Assembly: GCA_025594325.1 (NCBI GenBank)
Contig: JANHCV010000003.1
Coordinates: 1,736,001-1,800,000, forward strand
Source of the DNA: Blastocladiella emersonii ATCC 22665
Lineage: Eukaryota; Fungi; Blastocladiomycota
Direction of reading: 5' to 3'
Length of the DNA: 64,000 bases
The position numbers and the translations under genes were made by a program. Below the pieces are notes generated by a model. That model had not been told where the DNA came from. It saw only the letters and a program-made list of their open reading frames with translations, and searched no databases. Of the stretch, positions 45,303 to 57,727 are shown one piece after another (positions within the stretch are counted from its first letter, which is position 1; the number at the start of each line of letters is the position of its first letter).

Positions 45303-46517
45303 CTAGAGGGCCTGCGCGAGCGACGCCGTAAACGCGCGCAACCGCACCATCGCCGGGTGCGTCTCGGTCACGGCGCCGCGCTGCATCGCGACAAACGCCG
45401 GCCACGCGGAGTGTACGGTCGCCGGCAGGTACCACTGGTCTGTTTGACGGGGGAAAGGGTGAGTTGGGAGGGGATCGCACGGCGGCGTGAGTGCGCGTAC
45501 CGAGCAGACACTGCTTGTAGTCCTCGAGGCCCGCGACAAACAGCTCGTCGTGGCCGTGGCCGGGCAGCGGGTCGAACGACACGCCCGTGATGCGCCCGCT
45601 GCGCGAGTTGATGACGCACGTCTACACGAATCCCGCGGGTTAGCTTTCGTAACGGCAGGGAAGCAAACCAGTAAACGTGCAACGCCGTCGAGCTCAAACG
45701 TGTGCGTAAACTCGGGCGTCTGGCCCATGCGCCACTCGTCCGACTTGAGCTCGTCGTACGCCTCGCGGACCTTGGGCTCGCGGTCGAGCACCGTCTCGGT
45801 GAGCTTGTTGACCTTGAGGTACCCGAGGTCGTGCGCCTTGCGGAACTGGTCAATGACGGCCTCGCAGAAGCTCGAGTGGTCGACCGTCAGCGAGTACGGG
45901 CGCAGATTCGTCACGGGCGACGGGACGGACGGCACACCCTTGGTGACGAGCCCCGGGCGACTGATCTTGAGGTACTTGCGCAGGCGCGGCAGGTCCGCGT
46001 CGATCAGCATCGTGCCGTGGTGGTACGCGCGGTGGTTGGTCAGCTTGAACGCGGACCCGGACACCTTCTTGCCCTCGACCACCAGGTCGTGTCGCTCGTT
46101 GACCTCGGCCGGGATGTCGAGATTCTGCAGCGCGCGCGCCACCAGTTCCGCGTTCTTGCGCCGCGTGAACGCCTCGCGCGGCTCAATCACGCTGTAGATG
46201 GAGTTGCCCCGGTCGTGGAACACGGTCCCGCCCCCGCTCTTGCGCCGCACCCACGGCACGTTGTCCGCTGACAGCGCGTGCACGTTGCACTCCTTCCACG
46301 GGTTCTGGTTCCGCCCCACTACCACGCACGGGTTGTTGCGCCACAACAGCAGGACGTGCGAGTGCACCGGCGTCGAGCGGAACAGCCTAGACTGGGTGTG
46401 TGAGATGTCGTTCGAGGGGAAGCGGCGAGGACCGATGTCGTACCACTCCTCGATGGCGAGGTTCAGGAACGGGTCCGCCACCCGCGACACGAAGCAGCGA
46501 ATGTCTTTGTGCGCCAT
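45303..46517 (-). CDS. Lipoate-protein ligase A / lipoyltransferase (Aim22/LIPT1-like), multi-exon
   Basis: PFLNLAIEEW, LLLWRNNPCVVVGRNQNPWKECN, VRRKSGGGTVFHDRGN, KKVSGSAFKL, HHGTMLI and VPSVPSPVTNL. Confidence 0.92.
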   Translation of the reverse strand: MAHKDIRCFVSRVADPFLNLAIEEWYDIGPRRFPSNDISHTQSRLFRSTPVHSHVLLLWRNNPCVVVGRNQNPWKECNVHALSADNVPWVRRKSGGGTVFHDRGNSIYSVIEPREAFTRRKNAELVARALQNLDIPAEVNERHDLVVEGKKVSGSAFKLTNHRAYHHGTMLIDADLPRLRKYLKISRPGLVTKGVPSVPSPVTNLRPYSLTVDHSSFCEAVIDQFRKAHDLGYLKVNKLTETVLDREPKVREAYDELKSDEWRMGQTPEFTHTFELDGVARLLVCFPAVTKANPRDSCRRASSTRAAGASRACRSTRCPATATTSCLSRASRTTSSVCSVRALTPPCDPLPTHPFPRQTDQWYLPATVHSAWPAFVAMQRGAVTETHPAMVRLRAFTASLAQAL

Positions 46518-46675
46518 GTCGTAGGCGCAGTCGTCTTTGATAAGTTGCAGCAAGTTGCGCTAGGCGCGATGCATGGCAGAGTGGCGATCGGGGAGCGCAA
46601 CAGCTGGCGACAAGCCGCGCGAGATCGACACGAAGGTGGCGCGCGGTCATGCGAAGATCACGCGGCGGGTGCGAG

Positions 46676-46693
46676 ACGCGTTGTGAGACGCGT
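46676..46693. promoter_or_regulatory. ACGCGT pair at 12-bp period
   Basis: GACGCGTtgtgaGACGCGTttt, about 160 bp upstream of the lipoate ligase ATG. Confidence 0.5.
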
Positions 46694-46809
46694 TTTGGTC
46701 GGCCGTCCTCGCTGTCGGATGAAGGCGCGGGACAAGAAGGAACAACACCAATTTATATTACAGACAACACGCGACCACGCTCGCGGAAACAAACAACACA
46801 CGACTGCGC

Positions 46810-49800
46810 TTATGGGATGGAAGGCTGCGCGGCCCACGGGAAAAGCGGGAGGAGGAGCACCTTGTGGAGGTACGGGCGCACGCCTGCATAAGAGTTGCGA
46901 ATGAACCGGCTGTCGACCTCTGGGAGTTCGGCGTGCGGAAGGATTCGCATCTTCATGGCCTCAACAAAAGTCGCGTAGTCCTCGAACCGAGGATGCGCAG
47001 TCCCACCAACGTTAATCTTGCCGTTGGCGCCCTCGACGTTGAAACTGGTTGCGGCCGCATGCATGAGTTCGCCAAACTCCTTGCTGAAGCTTCCGCGCCG
47101 ATTATTTTTGTCGTATGCCCAGTAGCACTCGATGGCGGGGGTCGCGTCAAAGCCAGGTCCCACGGGCGGGATGAGATGGAAGCGATCGGGGATGATGAGG
47201 CCGACCGCGTTGTAGTCGTACGTCATATAAATGACATGGTTGTCCGAAGCGAGATCGAACAGCATGCGGAAGGTGCCCAGCAAGGCTTTGGCGGTGAGGA
47301 AGGGCGGAAAGACGTCCTTGTGCGGCGGAAGTGCCATGACCCGACCAAGCGCCAAATGCATGCGGGTCGAGTTGAGCGGAACCTCCGCGTACCGGCCAAC
47401 ATGGACACGAGGCCGGACTAAGCCAAGCTTCGCACGCACCGGCGCAAGAACGCGATCAAGGCGGACGGTCACGCGGCCCTGTTTGCGCGAAACCTGCACC
47501 TTGGCAAGTTTCACGCACGCGGGCAGCCGCATGGTCTGAGCAACGCCGTCGACAAACAGGGTCACGGCGCCGCGGTCAAGGTGCGCGTCTTTGTCCTCGC
47601 GAATGCGAAGCGCGGCAGACCCCTTGCCCAGCGGAAGCTCGAGTTGAAGCTCGATGTGGGTCGCGAGGTCAGCGGCGCGCATCACGGGAAGCGGCCAGTC
47701 GCGAACGGGGGCGAGCGCGCGCGACTGTATGACGCCGCGGAAAGCTGCGTGGAAGTGGTCGCTGAGAACTCGAGTCATGGGGAGTGACCCAAGCAGGACG
47801 GGAGCTCCGCTGACAAGTTCGCGCTCCACACCCGGATTGGCGTGCTCGCGGTATACGGCAACCGTTGCGGCAGCACCAACAATGCTCACCATAGCGCGAG
47901 GAAGGTAGATGGCAACGCGCTGGCGTCTCGGATCACCCGGAACCGGCTCGACGACGAGCCCATCGAATCGGCGGACAGCGGTACCATCCACCACGGGAAC
48001 AGGCGATGGCTTGCTGCTCTCCTTCACGGGCACCACCATTTCAAGTACGAGGTAAGAAGGCGCCAGAGCTGGAACATCGCTGAAAGAAGATGCTTGAATC
48101 GTAAGCTCCACGCGGCAAAGGTATTTGATGGACCGGTTTAACTCGCGCCTGGCCTGAGAACCGAAGCCGTACAGGTCGGAATAGTCCGAGGACGCCCAGA
48201 ACGGGTTGAACGAGGTGATCGCGGGCCAGAAAGTTGAGTCGTGCGGGGCTGCTCCGGACCAAACAAGACGACCCGTGGCGTATGCAAATCCAAGAAGCTT
48301 TGGACCGAGTCCAACGGAGACCTTTTCCCGGGTTGGCAGAGTAGGACCTACAAATAAGCGGGCACGCCGTGTGAGAGCCGTGGTCAAGAGAGTCAGCAAC
48401 GTTACTTGTGCGACGCACCGAAGTGGTGAACTGCGTCGTGTTTCGCAAAGGCTTCCAGCGCGTCGCGAAGCATGGTCGAGTCTTCGAGAGCAACGGGCAC
48501 ACTTGGCGATGGAAGACGGTAAAAGGTAAAGTATTGGTAGCGCTGGCTCTCGAGCTGATCGATGCTCCACGCAAACGGTTGCAAGAGATTGGTCCAATGG
48601 TCATCGCTGGGCCGCTCCATAAGTCCAAGACCAAGCAGGGTTGGGTAAGTTTCGAGCGGGAGACGCGTGACAATGGAGAGGTAATCATCGCGCGAAGATG
48701 CGATCTGATCCATGCGGGTCGAGTACGTGAGCAGCAACGACTGCCGCTCAGGGTAATCGCCGGGTTTGAGAAGTATTGAGCCGTGGACCAGGAGGCTGAG
48801 CAAGCCGACTGAGTCCTGCAGGTTGGCGGTGTCGATGACATCGAAGCGCTTGTCCGGGTCGGCGGCGAGTTCCTCCATGAGCGCTATGGCGTGCCCGGTC
48901 GCAAAAGTGATTGAAGTCGTGAACCGCGGGGCAGGTCGGTACCCCTTGCTGAGCGTCGCCAAAAAGTCATCGACCATTGTAAGCATTTCCGGCCCAAGCG
49001 CGACTTCGTTGATATAGATGTCCGCCGACTCGAACGGGAAGAGCTGGGGATCGGCAGCGAAATAGACTGATCCGTCAACGCGGACAAGAAGCATCGTCGG
49101 ATTGGCAACAAGTTGCGATCGAGACGAAGTGTCCACGAAGTAAGTCTCGGACGTCGCAAAGCGTTCCGCCTCGCACGCAATCCGGGTCGCCCGCGAAGCC
49201 GCAAGGCGGGTACCAAAGCGTGCTTTCATCCGCCGCATGTAAGCTTTAGCAGCTGTCGCAGGGTCGGTGTCGCGGATTGCAGGGTCCGGGTGGGAGCGAA
49301 TGAAACTTGAGCTTCGCTCGAAAAGCGTCTCGACGGACCAGTCGACCTCGAGCCACGATCGCCAGCAGTGGCGGATTGCGCGCTGCGTCTCGACGTCGAA
49401 CACACGGATATTTGCAGTCAAGTCGGTCCAATCCTTGGCGAGACACTCGTGCATCTGCGTCTCCCAGAAGGCACGCGTGTCGGAGTCGAGCACCAGCGAG
49501 TACCAAAGCTGGGCAACGCGAGTGGCGAGCGCACTCGGATCGTGAAGTTCGTGAACAGCGTGGAGAATGAGCAGATTGCGCGCCAGAACTTCGGGGCGGA
49601 TGTCGTTGAGCATAAAATGAAGCGGACGAGTTGCACCATTGGCCAGCGCGTCGCTCATTGTGTGCACGAGATCGCGTAGATCGCCGCAACCACAGACAAG
49701 AACGTCGAGCCCGTCGTCGCCGCCTCCACCGTTCGACGTCGTTGAGTGATAAAGCAAGAGGTTTCGCGGGAAGATGCATCGGTAAGGACGGTAGGTGTCG

Positions 49801-50021
49801 ACCCGCTCGTCAGCGGCCCGCGAGAGGCAGCTCAGCGGCGGCCGGGCCTTGCCGACGTGCGAAGGGGGCAGCGGCAGGGCGCCCGACGTGGGACTCGTGC
49901 CACTGCCGTTGCCATAACTTTCATTCGCTTTCCTTGCTTTCATTGCAGTGTAGTGGAGCGGGAGAGCAGGCATTCCCACGACCGCGACGAAATGGTGCCG
50001 ATCGAGGTGTGCCTGCCACAA
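46810..50021 (-). pseudogene. DUF4470-type large protein (fungal MYND-associated family), frameshifted
   Basis: LDVLVCGCGDLRDLVHT, LNDIRPEVLARNLLIL and FDVIDTANLQDSVGLLSLL. The reading frame switches near 48400-48430 (ORFs 48402..50021 and 46810..48597). The upstream continuation (50030-50500) contains stops. Lower GC. Confidence 0.65.
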
Positions 50022-50602
50022 ATATCAGAGGCGCCCCTGTGGCGCATCGCGTCGCAGCCGGGCCCGAAGGGATCCTTTTAAAAAACGCCAACCTGTCGCC
50101 ATGCTCTTGCTCACGACAATGCGGCTTAATGCAATTCACTTGAATATTCGGATGGACGTGATGCCTCAAGTTCATCGCGGACGTGGTCGTGAATCTCATA
50201 GCGTGCCACGAACAGCGCGCGTTGGCCGTTTGCGACAACTCCGCGTCATTTGAAAGCTAGATCTGAGGACAAAGTTCGAGTTGAAGATGCGAAACATGAC
50301 GATCGGCTGAGAAGAATTTGCTTGAATTGTCACGCAGGATCAGGACGAAGTCGGCGCGCGGTCACTTGAGGATGTGCAGCAGATGCAAGGCGTGTTCTTA
50401 GTTCCCGTTCAACACATACGTCGAACTGCTGCTGATTGCAGCGTGCGTGAGTTGCTTTACACGTGGCTCTAGTTGTTCCGAAATCGGGACTTGGAGTATG
50501 TGTGAGGCTACGGTTGTCCGACAACGACAGAAAATGCAATAAATTGACTAAGACAACAGAACAATAGTACAAATAGGAGGGCTAGGATGATGGCGAATAA
50601 GA

Positions 50603-51001
50603 TCAGGGGAGAGACAACTGGGCGGCCCGCGGAAACATGGGCAAAATCAACAGCTTTCGCAGGTGAGGGCGCAGCTTTGAATAGTACTCGGGGATGAAGC
50701 GGTTGTCCGTTTCAGGAATGTCGATGTCCGACTGAAGAAATTCCTCGAGGACCGTGAAAACGACGTGGAAGTCACTGGCGCGCTCCATGATGATATTTGG
50801 CGCGACAACTTGCTGCTCACCATTCGCGGCGTACATGTTGTTGCCAATGTCTCGAAGCAGTTGGCACACGGTCTCGTCAAACTGGTCGGTATCCGCCTCC
50901 ATTGCAATGAGTTCCATTGGTCTTGCCTTTCTTTTTTGCCATGTTTTCATTGAGCAGAGAGGGCGCGACGATGGGCACTCGCCCAGGATTCTGACGACCA
51001 A
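50603..51001 (-). pseudogene. C-terminal fragment of a paralog of the 46810..50021 gene
   Basis: DIPETDNRFIPEYYSKLRPHLRKLLILPMFPRAAQLSLP* aligns with ELPEVDSRFIRNSYAGVRPYLHKVLLLPLFPWAAQPSIP*. Confidence 0.7.
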
Positions 51002-51477
51002 CTTAGCGGCTGCCTGTCAAACACATCAGCGGCTTGCGATCACACTTCTCATCACGCGGCGTTCCCGAGCCCGCAAGTTTTCCTTCCTGTTGTGTGCTCA
51101 CGGGTGCGCTACTCGCTTCCAATGTCTGGTCAGCGGTAGCCAAGGTCCTTTTGCGAGATACTAAGCTACCAGCGCAAACGAGTGACCCAATATATATTGT
51201 CGGCGCTTGGGGCCGCTCGTTGCTCACGCAGGTTCAGTAACGGGGGATAGTCACGACAATGAACCCCACGTCGATGAACCCCGCGTCCTTGGTAGGGAAA
51301 GAAACCCATGTGAGTGACGACCGCGCCCGTGAGATCGTGCGTTGTAGGTGTTCTAGAACAATGCAGCAAGTCGCCTTCAGGTTTAATCTATGCAAGTGCT
51401 GCGATCAGGTAGCGCGCGTTAAAGGCGGCCGATCGAAATGAACAGCGCGCTCGACCATGTGCGATCACGCGTCGGGT

Positions 51478-51528
51478 GCGAGACGCGTCGCAACGGCGCG
51501 AGACGCGTCGCAACGGCGCGAGACGCGT
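51478..51528 (+). repeat. 20-bp tandem repeat (about 2.5 copies), each unit containing ACGCGT
   Basis: AGACGCGTCGCAACGGCGCG at 51481 and 51501, plus AGACGCGT at 51521. Further ACGCGT at 51467, 51762 and 51819. Confidence 0.9.
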
Positions 51529-51985
51529 TCCGGACCGCGCTGTCCCCCGCGTCAGGAGACACTGCCGGCGGGTGCCGTGGCGTATAATCACACGCGCGAG
51601 CGCAGCAGCTGGCTCGCGCCGCGCAGCCTGCGCGGCCCGATGGAATGTCGCTCGCGGCGGCGCGCCCTTGTCCCACGTTTCGCCCACGTTTGCTGGAGCA
51701 CGGAGCCGCGCCCGTACGCATCGCTAGGAATCGGCGACCCCGACTGTCTGGGACACGCGACACGCGTAATACGGCGCGCCTTCGATACGCACACGCGACC
51801 GGCCGCCGCGTCCTGCACACGCGTCACATGCGATCAACGATACGAACCGAGCACGACTCGCTGCATCGGCCATAGGGGGCTGTGCCTCGCCCTTGCATGG
51901 AGTCTCAACCACACGCTGCCTCGCTGCCGCCACCACGACTACCACCAACACCAACACCGACTACGATACCTCCAACGCATCGACC

Positions 51986-54900
51986 ATGACGGAGACGACG
52001 AGCGGTGAGGCCTTGCCGCCCGCCGGGCCCGATTCCGTCTCGGACCCGCCGCCGTGCACTATCCCCGCCATCGCCGGCGCCAGCGACGATCCCGCCGCCG
52101 CGGGCGTCGTCGGCCCACCACCTACATCCACGGACGCCGCACCATCGGTCGCTCCGCCACCGCCACGACTCGCGGTGCTCCTCGGACCACCCGCGCCGCA
52201 CGGCGGGAGCCCGACCACGGCCACGCCGAGTCCCGGCCCGTACGAGGCTCTAATCGGGACGCTACAGTCGTCCTCGGCCCAGCTGCCGTCGTCAAGTCCC
52301 GGCGCAGCCGCTCCTGCCCCCTCGTCATCTGCATCCGCATCGGCGACGTCCATCTCGGGCGCTGATCCCGGCGGCATCCCCGCCGCGGGGTCCATCGACA
52401 CGAGCGCGTCCGCGCCCATGCAGACGCCCGTGTTCACCGTCGAGGGTTCGCGGATAGCCTCGACCTCGGCGCTCGAGCTGCCTGAATCGCCGTCGTCGGG
52501 CCGCGGCAGCGGGAGCGGCGAGAGCAAGTGCGACCGGGACCGGTCGACCGCGTCCATGATCCTGAGTCAGCCGGGCCTGCCGGTCCCCGAGACGCCGCGG
52601 CGCACGAGCGACGCGAGCAGCCTGCTTAGCGTCGAGGGCTCGCTGGCGAACGGCAACGAGCTGCACGGGTCGTCGTACTCGATCATCCTGTCGCCCGAGC
52701 CGCGCAAGCCGCCGCGCGCGCCGCCCGTCGTACGCGACACACGGCGGCAGTCGCTCGCCGTGATCGCCAAGAGCGGGACCGCGTCGCCCGAGATGATGTC
52801 GTTCGCGCGACGACCGACGCTCAAGGGCGCCGGGCTCGGGCTGCCGGACCCGAGCGTGGCGCGCGCGCTCGAGCCCGTCGACGAGTCGTTTGCCGGGCAC
52901 TTCAGGCGGCGGTTCGGCGGGATCGAGCTCGACAAGCGCATGGCGGGCGCGGGCGTCAACCTCAAGACAATCCGCGAGGAGTACTACTTCTACTACTACT
53001 ACTCGTACACCAAGCAGTGGCGCGTCATGGCGCTGGTCGCGCTGGCCGTCGCGCTGCTGTTCATCGCCGCGGGGTACCTCAACGTTAGCTCGGCCGTCGA
53101 GTGGAGCGCGCCGCTGTGGGCCGTGGTCGGCGTCATGTGCGTGACGCCCGTGGTCGAGCTGGTCCTCATGTCGTTCCCGCGCCTGTTCCAGCGGCACGGG
53201 CTGCGGATCCACTTCATCGCGCTGTTCATCTACGGCGTGTTCCTCGGGTCGCTCGAGCTGTTCCTCGGCTCGCTGTACGTGCCGAGCTACATATTCCTGT
53301 TCCTGCTGTTCAACTACACCAACAGCTGCCAGCCGTCGGGCCCAACGGCGTTCCTCGGGTGCACCATCTCGCTCGTCGACTGGGGCTGCCTGGCCTACGC
53401 CGTGGCGACGCAGCCCGCGCTGCACGCGCAGTGCCACGGGAACGCGGCGCTGTCGTGCGCGAGCCGGCTCGCGGGCAACGCGGTCCTGTACGTGTGCACG
53501 AACGTGACGGGGATCCTGTACACGATCAACGCGTGGAACTACACGCGCAAGACGTTCCTCAACAACCGCGAGCTGTACCTCAAGAAGAAGCACTTCGAGG
53601 ATGAGCTCAACAAGGCCGAGTACATTGCCCTGTCGATCCTGCCCAAGACCGTGTGGGACGAGCTCAAGGGCGGCCAGCACCAGCGGTTCGACATGGACTC
53701 GATCTTCCACAAGTCGCTCATGTACTTTTACAGCGACGTGTCGATCCTGTTCGCCGACATTGCCGGGTTCACGGCGCTGGTACGCTTCCCTCGAGCTTCG
53801 GTTCGGCTCGTCAACGCTGACCGATACGCGAGTGTAGTCGGGCACCATCTCCGCGGCCGAGCTCGTCAAGCTGCTCAACACCATCTTCTTCGACTTTGAC
53901 CTGATCGTCGGCGACCTGGGCATCGAGAAGATCAAGACCATCGGCGACTGGTACGCGCGTTTCCCCGACCCTCATGGCCAAGACCTGACCAACAACGTTA
54001 CGTTCGTGTAGCTACATGATCGTGGCCGGCGCGCCCGAACCGGTCAAGGACCACGCGCGCAAGGCGGTGCTGGCGGCGCACCGCATGATCAAGGTCGTGA
54101 ACAAGGTCCGCGCGCAGTACCCGACGCTGGCCGTGCGCATCGGGATCCACACGGGCGACGTGTACGCGGGCCTCATCGGGCACGAGAAGTTCATCTTTGA
54201 CGTGTTCTCGAACGACGTCCTCATCGCGTCCGCCGTCGGTACGCGTTCTCTCGGAGCGAATCGTTTGACCCAACTCACTCTGATGTGTGCGTGCGTGTGT
54301 AGAGCAAACGGGCATCCCGAACGAGGTTCACGTCTCCGAGACCACGTTCCAGCAAATCAAGGCGTGCAGTGCGTACCGCACGGGCCCGCCAATTGGCATC
54401 TTCGGCAAAATGATCCCGTCGTACTTCATCACCGAGATCCGCGAGCGCGACACACATCTGTCGCCGCACTCGTCGTCGCCGGCGGCGCCCGGCACGCCGC
54501 CGTCCAGCACGATCACGCGGCTCAACCACCTCCAGCGCAAGCTCGCGCACAAGTCGCGCAGCCGCGTCGCCAGCAGCGTGGTCTCGTACCTCCTCAAGGA
54601 CGTGTCGCGCACGTCGTTCCCGACGGTCCCTGCGGCGCACGACGGGACGCGTGGCGAGCTGCCGTCGAGCTCCGGGACCCCGTCCGAGACGCCGACCGAC
54701 GACGAGGGCGCGGGCGAGTCGGGGCAGAACAACACGACGGCCGCGGCGCTCGCGCGGCACGGCGGAAACCCGTCGGCGAGCGGCAATGGCGGCGGGAGCA
54801 GTCTCGGCGAGTCGCGGCGGCACCGGTCGCTGCTCCGCCTCGCCGACAACGAGAGCGACTCGCTCAACAAGCTGACGTGCCGGTTCAACGACACGTACGT

Positions 54901-56562
54901 CGAGCAGGACTTCCAGGACAACTACGTGGCGCGGTGCGCGGGCAAGATGGCATTCCCGCTGGCCGCCATGTGCCTGCTCGCCATGTTCTTTGGGGTACTC
55001 GACTGGATCGTGTTCGCGAACGCGGACGTGGGCCACTGGTGGATCGTGCTGCTCATCCATGTCGTCATGTTCGGGGCACTGTGGGCGTTTGCGTTCGTGG
55101 CGTCGGCGACCTTCTTCTCGTCCGAGTCCAAGCCGCTCGACGACCTCGGCCGGCGCAGCGGCGAGGGCAGCGGGTCGAACGAGTTCCTGGCGCGCGTCGC
55201 GCGGGCGAACCGCAAGATCAACTACCAGCTGCTCGGTCCCGCGGCGCTTCTGCTCCTGTTCCTGTCGCGCGTGGTGCACGCGGCGCACCACACGGTGGTC
55301 GTCGACTACCTGTACACGCAGCTGTACCCGATCATGATGGTCGCGACGCTGTGGACGCGGCTGAGCTCGCTGTACCTGCTGTGGACGCTGGTGGCGATGC
55401 TCGCGGTGCTGGTGCTCACGCTGGCGGCGGCGTCGGGCCTGCCGGGCACCGATATTGCGTGGATCGCGCTGTACGGGCTCGCCATGCTGCTGTCAACGTA
55501 CGTGGTGATCCGTCGCATGGAGATCTACATCCGGCGCAACTACATCCTCAAGAAGCACCTGGCGCAGAAGCAGTTCGAGATTGACGACCTGCGCATCAAG
55601 TCGGAGCGGCTCCTGTACAAGCTGCTGCCGCGGCCCGTCGTGGCCAAGCTCAAGCAGCGGTCGCCGGGAACGGGCCCCGACGGCAGCGGCGGCAACATGT
55701 CCGAGATCGCCGAGGCCGTCGACTCGGCGGGGATCCTGTTCTGCACCATCTGCCACTTCAAGGAGATGGACCGCACGTCCATGGCGGTGCTCAACGACAT
55801 CATCTGCAAGTTCGACGGGATGCTGGCCAAGTACGACATTGAGAAGATCAAGACCATCGGCCCGATCTACATGTGCTCGTCGGGGCTCGGGCGCGTGTTC
55901 GAGGAAAAGGACCCGAACGCGCCCGTCGACGAGTCGCACGTCTTTAACCTGGCCGACTTTGCGCTCGCGATGCGCGCCAAGATGGCGCAGCTCAACAAGG
56001 ACTACCCCAAGGCGTACGCGCTGCGCATCGGGTTGGCCGCGGGTCCGCTCCTGGTACGCTTTCACGGGTCATGACGGCGGCCACGGTGGATGATGCCTAA
56101 TCAAACACGCGCGTGTAGGCCGGAATCATCGGCAAGACCAAGTTCGCGTACGACGTGTGGGGCGATACGTGCAACGTGGCGTCGCGCATGGACTCGACCA
56201 ACCTCGAGGACCACATCCAGGTGACGGAGCACCTGTACCAGCTGCTCAAGGGCGAGTACCTGCTGCGCGAGCGCGGCGTGATCAAGGTCAAGGGCAAGGG
56301 CGAGATGCGCACCTACTTTCTGCTCGGCAAGAAGGGCCGGATCAAGACGCCCACGCCGTCGCGGTGTCCATCACCCACGCCCACGCGCGCTGCAACAGCC
56401 CCACCCTCGGCGGCGGCAGGCAACGACGGCGAGCCAAGGGAGCCGCCAGGACTGCCACCAGCGCCCGAGTTTGTCAAGACGACGGCGGCAACGGTCCCGT
56501 CGGGCGTGGCGTCTCCGCCGATACGAAAGTCGGGGCTGTCGTTCCCAGAACAAGATCCGTGA
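51986..56562 (+). CDS. Transmembrane class III adenylyl cyclase, animal-type 6TM-C1-6TM-C2 architecture
   Basis: Two blocks of six hydrophobic helices. C1: [21 protein letters not shown] and [16 protein letters not shown]2: [11 protein letters not shown] and [23 protein letters not shown]. Four introns (about 53780, 53950, 54239, 56054). Confidence 0.92.
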
Positions 56563-56653
56563 TGGCGGGCGGTGCACGAGCAAGCGAGTGGAGTAGCGGA
56601 TAGATCACCAGTTTTGCATCTATATTTCTCGTTCGTAGCGGGTTCAGAATCAG

Positions 56654-57217
56654 TTACTGCTGCTGCTCGCTGGGCGCGACGGGCTCAGCAGCCTTGATGG
56701 TCTTCTTGACAGGGGCGACCATCCACTCGGCGTCGCAGACGGCGACCACGTCGCCCGAGAAGTCCTTGATCTCGGAGCGCACGGTGACGGGTCCCTCGCC
56801 GCCGTTGCGCAGCCAGGCACGCGTCTCCTCGGGGACGACGCACTCGGCGTAGACCATGCCGCGGGCCTTCTTCTTGTACTCGCCCGAGAGTTTGGTGATG
56901 ATGGCGCGGCGCTCGAGGTCCTGGGTCAGCGAGAGGAACGCCATGCCCGTGGACAGCTCGCCGGCGTTGAGCAGGGCGAGGGCGTGGATGGACTGGAACG
57001 GGTTCTGCAGGCGCCAGCGCTCCTCGAGCTCGATGCGGCAGTCGCCGTGCTCGAAGCGCGTGATGCGCGGGGCCACCGACCCGCTGTAGGGCGCGGCGAC
57101 GCGGATGTACAGCGTGAACAGGTGGCCGCCGAGCAGCGGCACCTGCTTGCACGCGCGGTACACGTCCAGGAACTTGTACTGCAGCGCCAGCTTGGTGAGC
57201 GAGGCCATGGACGTCAT
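56654..57217 (-). CDS. Hotdog-fold thioesterase-like protein (DUF4442/PaaI-like)
   Basis: APYSGSVAPRI, NPFQSIHALALLNAGELSTG and SGEYKKKARG. Intronless. Confidence 0.8.
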   Translation of the reverse strand: MTSMASLTKLALQYKFLDVYRACKQVPLLGGHLFTLYIRVAAPYSGSVAPRITRFEHGDCRIELEERWRLQNPFQSIHALALLNAGELSTGMAFLSLTQDLERRAIITKLSGEYKKKARGMVYAECVVPEETRAWLRNGGEGPVTVRSEIKDFSGDVVAVCDAEWMVAPVKKTIKAAEPVAPSEQQQ

Positions 57218-57727
57218 GGTGTAGCGGGGTCTGTCACGGAGCCCGGGCGGGCGTCAGCGCGCGCACGAGGGCGGATTGCCAGCGGTTACATGAGCGTGTA
57301 CATTGTGATGAAAGGTGGGGGTGGCACAGGCGAACTCTATGCTGGGAGCGCGAGGAGAGAAAGAACCGCGTACGGCCGGGCGCACCCGGGTGCCTCGCAG
57401 CATGAATTCATGCAGCGCGCACGCCATGTCTCGCAGCAGCGATCCCGACGCGTGATCGCAAGTGTGACGGGCGTGGCGGGCGGCTCACGCGATGCGCGCC
57501 CAACGCGTCTTTTTCGCTTTCGCTTTCGATGCCTTTACCTGCGGCTTCGCTTCCGCCCCCATCGCGGCATCGGCGCTCCCGGCACCCCGCAAACGCACAC
57601 CCAATTTGCTACGAATTACACGCCGCGACTGGCCGCACTCGCCCTCCAGCGACGGGCGACGCGGGCGGATCCACTGCTGCTTTGCCTCCAAATCCGCTCG
57701 CTTGCGCCACCATCCACCGCAACCACC

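Noticed and set aside
46810-50021. DNAAF3/PF22 dynein assembly factor call for the DUF4470 gene
   Set aside because: It shares only the DUF4470-like N-terminal motif. Its length and C-terminal region fit the fungal MYND-associated family instead.
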